Part shown: in pieces, positions 35,309 to 43,000 of the stretch
How the letters are laid out: the number at the start of each line of letters is the position of its first letter
How positions within the stretch are numbered: the first letter of the stretch is position 1
Assembly (NCBI GenBank): GCA_017536765.1
Contig: JAFXGV010000048.1
Location: forward strand, 3,615-67,614
DNA from: Bacteroidaceae bacterium
GTDB taxonomy: Bacteria > Bacteroidota > Bacteroidia > Bacteroidales > Bacteroidaceae
Length of the DNA stretch: 64,000 nt
Reading direction: 5' to 3'
Notes under the pieces: generated by a model
What the model saw: only the letters and a program-made list of their open reading frames with translations
What the model was told of the DNA's origin: nothing
The model's database searches: none
Made by a program: the position numbers and the translations under genes

Positions 35309-36502
35309 ATGAAAAAGTTTTTTATTATTGCTTCGTGCATCGCAGTAGCCGGCTTCACAGCTTGCTCAAGCGATGATGACATTGCGAACAACGGTGCCAT
35401 AAGTGCCGATGAAAACAGCAATGTGCCCATTATGCTCAGTATGAGCAAGGGTATGGTAGATGTAACCACAAGAGGTACAGGCGCTGTGGGTGAGGACAAC
35501 AACAGCTGGCGTGGCGAGAAGATGAATGTTTATATGCTCGACCGTGCCACATTTGAACTTGCTACAGGTTACAACGACGAGCCTATCTTTGAGAACACCG
35601 TGGTAAATGCTCCCGCATCGACCGACCAGAACAACATTTATGCCGACTATGGTATTTCGAGATACTATCCAATGTCGGGTAACTACGATTTCTTTATGTA
35701 TCACGCCGATGATGCAGCTACAGCCACACCCAAAAAGAATGCCGAGGGTACCCAGTATGTTCTTCCTGTCACAATCGATGGTTCACAAGACCTTATGATT
35801 GCAAAGGCCGACCTGACAAATGCCGAAAAGACAGCCTTAAAGGAGTATGACGAAACCGTTTCGCGTTACTACAGCGCATTTTCGGCACGCAAAGGTGTTC
35901 AGCCTCACTTCAACCTGCAACATATGCTTGCACGCCTTGTCTTCTTCATTGAACCTGTTAACAAAAAGGTTTCGGACAAGAATGTCGATGGCGCAAACTA
36001 CTATGGTGTAACTATAGAGTCTATCAAGATTAAGAATGTGAATACATCGGCCGAGTTTATTGTTGCCTGGAACGAGAATGCTCCTGTAAACCACATTGTA
36101 AACGAAGGCAATCCCACCGAGGTAAGCCTCAAAGAACTTGTTGCTAATGAGACCGAGGCCCACAAATTGGCTCCTTTCACTCCTGTGAAACCCGAATGGG
36201 ACGATGTGGCCGACAAAGCCGTTTCGAAACGAGTAGGTGAGAGCTTGATGCTTTTCCCCGCCGATGAGTATGAACTTGAGATAAATATGACTCAGCAGCC
36301 TGCTGCCGATCGTCAGGTTATTCCCTTCACACATCGTCAGATACTAAAGGTTCCTACAGTTGATGGTAAATTCGAGGCCGGCAAGCAGTACAATGTAAAA
36401 TTTGTTGTTTACGGTGCCGAAAAGATAGACCTCTCTCTTGAGCTCACAAAGTGGGAGGAGAAAGGCAACATCACTGCCGATTTCGATACAAAAATAGACT
36501 AA
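35309..36502 (+). CDS. fimbrillin family (type V pilin) lipoprotein
   Basis: Lipobox GFTAC. VDVTTRGTGAVGED is the typical TRG-type segment of Bacteroidales fimbrillin-family proteins. Beta-rich, 397 aa. Confidence 0.7.
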   Translation: MKKFFIIASCIAVAGFTACSSDDDIANNGAISADENSNVPIMLSMSKGMVDVTTRGTGAVGEDNNSWRGEKMNVYMLDRATFELATGYNDEPIFENTVVNAPASTDQNNIYADYGISRYYPMSGNYDFFMYHADDAATATPKKNAEGTQYVLPVTIDGSQDLMIAKADLTNAEKTALKEYDETVSRYYSAFSARKGVQPHFNLQHMLARLVFFIEPVNKKVSDKNVDGANYYGVTIESIKIKNVNTSAEFIVAWNENAPVNHIVNEGNPTEVSLKELVANETEAHKLAPFTPVKPEWDDVADKAVSKRVGESLMLFPADEYELEINMTQQPAADRQVIPFTHRQILKVPTVDGKFEAGKQYNVKFVVYGAEKIDLSLELTKWEEKGNITADFDTKID

Positions 36503-36538
36503 TCACATCTCTTTTTTAGAAAGTGTGATAACAAACAA

Positions 36539-36574
36539 TCTATCTGCAAGCTCGTGCACGAGCTTGCAGATAGA
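36539..36574 (+). terminator. perfect 36-nt palindrome (hairpin) splitting the locus
   Basis: tctatctgcaagctcgtg / cacgagcttgcagataga lies 37 nt after the stop at 36502. No U-tract follows, so it may be a terminator, attenuator or processing site. Confidence 0.45.
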
Positions 36575-36664
36575 GATATAAAACAAAAAGTAATGCATTG
36601 CGGGGGCGAGATATGGCCCACGCTGTAAAATAAAAGATGAAAATCAATTTAATGCTGTTGCGTT

Positions 36665-37204
36665 GTGATTAAAAGAATTTTCATAATAGGAATTTTATTA
36701 TTGTCGGTCTCATTTACGAGGGCACAGATGCTTGCCGTAAAATGCGATTTGGCAAAAGGAGTGGCAATGGCTCCAAATCTTGGTGTTGATTTTGTTGTTG
36801 GTGAAAAAACCACATTTGGTGTAGATATCTTTGGCGTGAAACAGCCCTGGGGCAAGGAAGCAAAGATGTTTGCAATTTCTCCCGATATTCGTTATTGGTT
36901 TGGCGGACGTGCGCTCATACGTCATTATGTGGAGCTCTCTGCCGTAGTTGCCAATTACGATATCCACCACAAGAATAAGATACGTGACGGTAACACCGTT
37001 GGTGCCGGCATTATGTTCGGCCGTGCATACAAGATAACATCGCACTTGAATTTTGAAATTTCGGGTGGTCTTGTTATGCTCAAATATAACCAGAAAGAGT
37101 ATTACAAAGGCGACATATACGAGGATTATGGTGAGCGCACAAACAGCAAAGGCTCGCTAATGCTTCCTCAAATAGAGGCCTCAATATCATATATAATAAG
37201 ATAA
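36665..37204 (+). CDS. DUF3575 domain outer-membrane protein (canonical size)
   Basis: 179 aa, signal peptide. LAVKCDLAKGVAMAPNLGVDFVVGEK...ISPDIRYWF...GAGIMFGRAYKI... fits DUF3575. Apparent GTG start at 36665. Confidence 0.82.
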   Translation: MIKRIFIIGILLLSVSFTRAQMLAVKCDLAKGVAMAPNLGVDFVVGEKTTFGVDIFGVKQPWGKEAKMFAISPDIRYWFGGRALIRHYVELSAVVANYDIHHKNKIRDGNTVGAGIMFGRAYKITSHLNFEISGGLVMLKYNQKEYYKGDIYEDYGERTNSKGSLMLPQIEASISYIIR

Positions 37205-37222
37205 TTTTACTATTTGTCACTT

Positions 37223-40012
37223 ATGCGCTTGCGTCTATTTTACATATTGTTTGCATTTTTAGCCGTTGCCAATATAGGTGTTGCACAGGCACAAAACACC
37301 ATTGACTATTCTGCCTCGGTGGAATATGATGTGTGGCCCGATAATGCTGACCCCACAAATCCTTATAAGGATGTAAAGATTTATGCCTATCCCGGTGAGG
37401 CCGATGCTCGGGCTGCACTCGATGATTTGAAGAAAGGAATTGAGCCTAAATTAAAAATGAGTGCACCTATAAACATAACAGGTGATTTCACCGTAAGAGT
37501 TCTTGACGACAAGAATTCTGTAGTGCTCATATATGCTATGGGGTATGAGGCACAGATAATCAAGCGCGCCGAGTTTGGCAGTAAAAGGCAAATCACGCTC
37601 AAGAAAGACGAAAAGATAGTGAAAGAGGTTGAGGTTGTCGAAGATAGAATAAGAAAAGGCTTGAACGCGGAATTTGATGGTGCAGAACACCCGGGTGGCC
37701 CAATGACACGCATTGCCAATTTTATTATTCCTTATAGGCTAACCTCCAATATGCGCATTGTGGCACAGCCTGTGTTTTATGACAGAATAGACATCACCGA
37801 CAACGAGCTCGACACGGTATTTGCCTATCGCAGCGTTGTGTACAACGACAACAGCGAGTACAAGATATCGCAAGCACGCAGAATGGATTTCCACCCCGAA
37901 AAGTACGATTCTCTTCAATACTGCTATAGTATGAACAATGTGTACATTAAATACGATTCGGTATATGACGAAGAGGCACACAAAAAGGTATGTCGAGAAA
38001 TAGATAAATCCAGAATAGATGTTTTTACAGGAAAAGACACTATATATGTCCATCTCATAGATACAGTGAGCGGATGCGACCCCAACACAGCACACCCATA
38101 CCCATTGGCGGCTATAGTCAATGTTGTAGATTACAACACAGTACTCTACACCGAAACCCAAAGAGACGAAGGCGAACGTTATGCCCCCCTTAAATTCCTT
38201 GATTTTGAATTTGCCGAATTCAAACCCGATTCAATGGCTTTTTACGAAGAGCCAGAGGTGGTGAATGTGCCGCACAATGGTGAGATGCGCCTAAACTTTG
38301 AGGTGGGCAAATGGCATTTGTCGCTCGAGGATTCAGTCAATTATAAGTTGATGAAAGAGCTTACCGAGTCGTTGCAGGAGATTGAGAACGACAGCGAGAA
38401 CCGCACCCTCGACTATGTTTGCATATATGGTATGGCCTCTCCCGACGGAAACCTGCAACAGAACATAGAACTTGCAAAAAAGCGTGCCAGGGAGCTTAAA
38501 AGCAAAATACGCACAAAAACGCATATAACAGACGGGAAGCCTATAGTTGCTTCTTGGGAACAAGTAGCCGACTCGCTCGAACGCGACGGCTACACCACCG
38601 TGGCAAATGAGATTAGAGAATTTGTTGTTACAAATAAAAGAGGGATATCAAGCATACCATCGTACAACAAGGAACTGATGGAGACCTACCTCAATAAGTT
38701 CCGTTCGGTACATTATAAGTATGAGGAAACAAGAAGGGAGAAGAAAAACCCCGCCCTTATTCTAAAGGATTATAAGAAGGATCCCGAGACTGTGTATAAA
38801 TCGGGCTATTGGATTCTTTTCAACCACTTGACAGATAAAAAGCAATTGCGAGAGGTAGCCCGCAACGCATTGAAGGTAACACGATTCGATGAAAACAGGA
38901 ACAACCCCGACAAGCACTACGGTTATTGGCCATATGCCGCAAGTATTTTGGCACACTCTTGCGTGGCAACAGATACAATAGATTATACCATTCTCGATCC
39001 TTTCCTCGATCTTGAGCTTTACAAAGACTCTGTTGATGGCAAGATGAAATTACCGGCCTTCGATAGTTCCAAAGGCTTTGGCTCCACCAAAATAGAGCGC
39101 TATTTCAATGCACCCGAGAATGCAGCCAATCAATTAATTATGACTCTGAAGGGGCAAAGTAGCACCCGCAAGGGTAAAATTGAACATCTTGAAATAATAG
39201 CGAGTGCCGGTGGCGAGGCTAAATACGACACCTTGATTGCATTTTCAAGATGTATGCGCGGGAAATACTTGAATGATAGTGTTGCAAGAAATATGGTGGC
39301 ATCGACTTCGCCCACAAATGGTGTGGTTATGAACCTTGTTATGCACCATTATACACAAGATACCACATACCTGGCCGCAGCTGCCGAGGATACATTGCAC
39401 TTGCCCGACAATGCAGTGAGCAACTATTTGAAATCCATTCTATGTTTGCGCAAAAAGGCTTTTGATTCATCAAAAATGAATCTTGCCAGCTCATTCTGCA
39501 AGGATATAAAAATGATTGCCCTGGCCAATAACGACAAGGATCTAAAATCGGAAGACGAGCATATGATTGTGGATGCTATAGGGTATTGGCGCAAAATGAT
39601 GCCCGACTCTATAAAAAAGCAGAACAGGAAAGAAAAGATTGTGTATGAAATGCCGCAGGCAACGATAGCCGATGTTGTAGCCGATTCACTTTCGGCAGAC
39701 TCTTTGTCACTAAGCGAAGTGGCTGCAGCGCTCCCCACAGATAGCGTGGCCCCTGTGAAGAGGGTGGTTTATGAGGAGATGAGTGATGAGGAGTATCGCA
39801 AGCACCCCTTTATAATGTTCAACGAGGCATATGAAATACTCACCGACAAAAAACAAAATAACGATGCAGTTGCCATAGATAATCTATATAAAGCATTTGA
39901 CTGCGACAAAGAGTATATCAACGTATTCAATGTATTGCTTGTGCGTGATAAAAACGTGAACAAGGACAAAGAATTGCTAAAGAGACTCAGAGAGATAAGG
40001 GATAGATATTAA
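37223..40012 (+). CDS. large exported protein, DUF3868-like N-terminal part with an OmpA-C-like core and a long helical C-terminal half
   Basis: Signal peptide MRLRLFYILFAFLAVANIGVAQAQ. RLNFEVGKWHLS...IYGMASPDGNLQQNIELAKKRARELKSKI is the OmpA-like/DUF3868-protein motif (G.ASPEG...N..La..RA). It follows a DUF3575 gene, as DUF3868 genes usually do. ATG 37223 preferred over TTG 37214. Confidence 0.72.
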   Translation: MRLRLFYILFAFLAVANIGVAQAQNTIDYSASVEYDVWPDNADPTNPYKDVKIYAYPGEADARAALDDLKKGIEPKLKMSAPINITGDFTVRVLDDKNSVVLIYAMGYEAQIIKRAEFGSKRQITLKKDEKIVKEVEVVEDRIRKGLNAEFDGAEHPGGPMTRIANFIIPYRLTSNMRIVAQPVFYDRIDITDNELDTVFAYRSVVYNDNSEYKISQARRMDFHPEKYDSLQYCYSMNNVYIKYDSVYDEEAHKKVCREIDKSRIDVFTGKDTIYVHLIDTVSGCDPNTAHPYPLAAIVNVVDYNTVLYTETQRDEGERYAPLKFLDFEFAEFKPDSMAFYEEPEVVNVPHNGEMRLNFEVGKWHLSLEDSVNYKLMKELTESLQEIENDSENRTLDYVCIYGMASPDGNLQQNIELAKKRARELKSKIRTKTHITDGKPIVASWEQVADSLERDGYTTVANEIREFVVTNKRGISSIPSYNKELMETYLNKFRSVHYKYEETRREKKNPALILKDYKKDPETVYKSGYWILFNHLTDKKQLREVARNALKVTRFDENRNNPDKHYGYWPYAASILAHSCVATDTIDYTILDPFLDLELYKDSVDGKMKLPAFDSSKGFGSTKIERYFNAPENAANQLIMTLKGQSSTRKGKIEHLEIIASAGGEAKYDTLIAFSRCMRGKYLNDSVARNMVASTSPTNGVVMNLVMHHYTQDTTYLAAAAEDTLHLPDNAVSNYLKSILCLRKKAFDSSKMNLASSFCKDIKMIALANNDKDLKSEDEHMIVDAIGYWRKMMPDSIKKQNRKEKIVYEMPQATIADVVADSLSADSLSLSEVAAALPTDSVAPVKRVVYEEMSDEEYRKHPFIMFNEAYEILTDKKQNNDAVAIDNLYKAFDCDKEYINVFNVLLVRDKNVNKDKELLKRLREIRDRY

Positions 40013-40040
40013 AAGGCTGAATAAGAGATTTTCATTCAAG

Positions 40041-43000
40041 ATGATAAATGCAAGAATAAGACAGATAATACTGTGTTGTTGTATGCTGTTTGCAGTGCCA
40101 TATGCTGCCACGTATGCCTCTGATGCAAGGATAGCCGTGGCAGGTGTACCGGCCGACAGCGTGAAGAAAAGCAAAAATGCAACAGGCGAGGGACATTACG
40201 CGGCAGGATATAAAGGATACAATGCATTGAAATACTCAATGCAGAAAAGACACCGTTACCCCGACCGTGTAAAGTTCTCCAACACCTCAATTTTGTCGCA
40301 TCTATATACGGGTGTATTATTGTCGTATGACCAAATTGCAAAGCAAAAGGATTTAGAGTTCTCGTCGGCAGTTTCGTATGGTCTGCTCGTGGGAAAAGAT
40401 ATTTCAAAGACTCACTCATTGAGTTTGCAGTTCCTTTATGGCAACACTCCGTTGAAACGTGTGAAGCGTGAACAGAATGCCGAACTTACCAAAATGTCGG
40501 CGCAGCTAAATCACCATTTCAATTTCACACGTTACTATCTGGGGCACGACGCTTACCGTATTTACGAGATTGCATCTACATTAGGTGTAGGCTATCAGTC
40601 TTTGGAGTTGTTTAACAAGAAAGACAATTCCTCGTACTTTTTGGTGGGATTGAGAAACTCGTTCCGCATTGGCCCCGATGCCATTCTGCTCATAGAGCCT
40701 CACGTTGCATATGCAAGCAAGAGCTACGATGTGTCGAAGATTGATTATACCTCGAACAAATACAACGTCTCTTATGGTGTGAGCACAGCTTTGTTGTATG
40801 AATTCAGGAACGAACTGGCAGGGGTGGAAAGAGCCAAAGACGAATTCCTCTTCCCACGAAACTATTTTTTTACAGGTGGCGGCTTGCAGTATCTCGATAC
40901 CGATGTGTTGCTTGTCGATGGTGTAGGTCCTAACTTTGTTTTTGGCTATGGTCGTTGGATTGCCCGCCATTTTGCAATGCAATTCTCAGCCGGCTACACT
41001 TCCGGCATATGGAGGAATAAAGAAATTCTGCCCGACATAAAGAAGAATATTGCAGGCAATACTGCATATGCACGTAGCCAACAGGCTTTTGCACGTGCCG
41101 AATTGTTGTATAACATCTATACAACGGTAAAGAGCAGAAACGCTATAAAAAACGACCTTTCAGTTAATATTTTTGGTGGTTACGAATATGGTATGCTATG
41201 GAAATATTATCCCACAGTGAAAAACCAGGAAAACTGCTATTATGGCGGCTTCACCTCGGGTGTAAACCTCAAGTACCACATTGATAACAGCACTGCGCTC
41301 TTTTTTGAGCCACGCATCACGTTTATAAGCTACAACACACCATACAATGCACCATATGACTATGTGAAGGTTGCCGAAAAGTACAAACGTTACAGCATTG
41401 CTATGGGTATGGAACTTGCGGCCGACAAGCAAACCGTGAAGACTTCCAAGGCCGAGGATGGATTTACACCCGAGTACTCTTTCTCGCTTTTTGGCGGCGC
41501 AAACTATCTCATTGAACGTACCGGATATTATGGAGATAATACCGGCGACTATAGCTTTGGCCTCCTTATCGACCACCAACCACATCGTCTGTATGGCTAC
41601 CGCGTGATGGCCGATTATTCAAAGTACAACCTTGCCAATGTACTTAACTACAATTACACAACGGGCGACAAAACCACATCGAGCACAGGCCGCTGGGATT
41701 ATAGCTACAATATACTCTCGGTGGGATTGAACTTGAAGTTCGACATAACCAATGCCTTTTTTGGGCACAATGCATCGAGGCGTTGGCGTAGTGCCTTGTA
41801 TGTAGGCCCCCTTGCAAGCAAGATAATAGGTATGGATAAATCGTTGGCACCTCACGAGCCCCTGCCTGGCGATAGGGTAGCAAAGATAAACAAGAAATAT
41901 AATGATGAAATAAATTTGGGTGTATATGCGGGTATAAACTACCGCTACTATATGAACCGAGCTTGGAGCGTCTTTGCCGAAGGTGGTATGCGCGTATATA
42001 AAAATGAGTTTATACCCCACGAGTCGCTCGACTACAACCCCGTGAAGATGATGAACTTTATGGCCGGTGTCAGCTACAACCATCAGAGCGACATCAATGC
42101 CATAAAGAGCAGATATCTATTCCCTCGCAATTATCTTTTCCAGGGGGTAGGCTTGCAATACGTAAACTCCGACGTGGAATTTCTCGATGGTCTTGGGCCA
42201 CAACTCTCTTTGGGTTACGGTCGTTGGCTCTGTCGCCGGCTTGCGTTGCAGATGTCGATGAATTATGCATCGAGTAACAGTAGCAAAAAGAAACAGCCTG
42301 CAAACATTAAAGAAGGACACCCCGCATATATGGGCTATGGAAAAACTCAATCACTGGCACTGCGTGGCGAGGTTGTTTACAATTTCCTCACAACCATAAA
42401 AGACCGCAATGCCATAAAGAACGACTTTTCTTTAAATGCAATTTTGGGTTATGAAATAGGTGCCCGTTGGGATTATGCAGCACTAAAAGATGAGAATATG
42501 AGTGGTAGTTATACGGGCGTTACCGGCGCTTTGAATTTCAAGTACCACATAGACGATTCATATGCGCTGTTTATAGAGCCGCGAACCACAATGTCTAAAT
42601 ATTCAAAAAAATATAACAAGGAGAATGGTGAGGTTTCATACAACCACAGTCTTATGGCCGGTATTGAACTTCCCTTTGACAGAGGTAATTTCAAATTCTA
42701 CAAAAAGGAGCAGAATGAGTTTGTCCCCGAATACACATTCTCGGTATTTGCGGGAGTGAACCATCTGTTCAGGAAAAAGAGCAACGAGGGATACGATGAC
42801 TACGACACCAACTTAGGTGTTGCCATCGGTTATCAACCGCATCCGCTTTTTGGCTATAGAATGATGTTTAATTATGCAAAATATAATTTCAATGACATAA
42901 GCCAATATACCGAGCGCTTAAACGGAAAAACTTATTCATACCAAGGCTTGTGGAACTACAAATATCACCTGCTTACATTGGGTGCAGACATTAAATTCGA

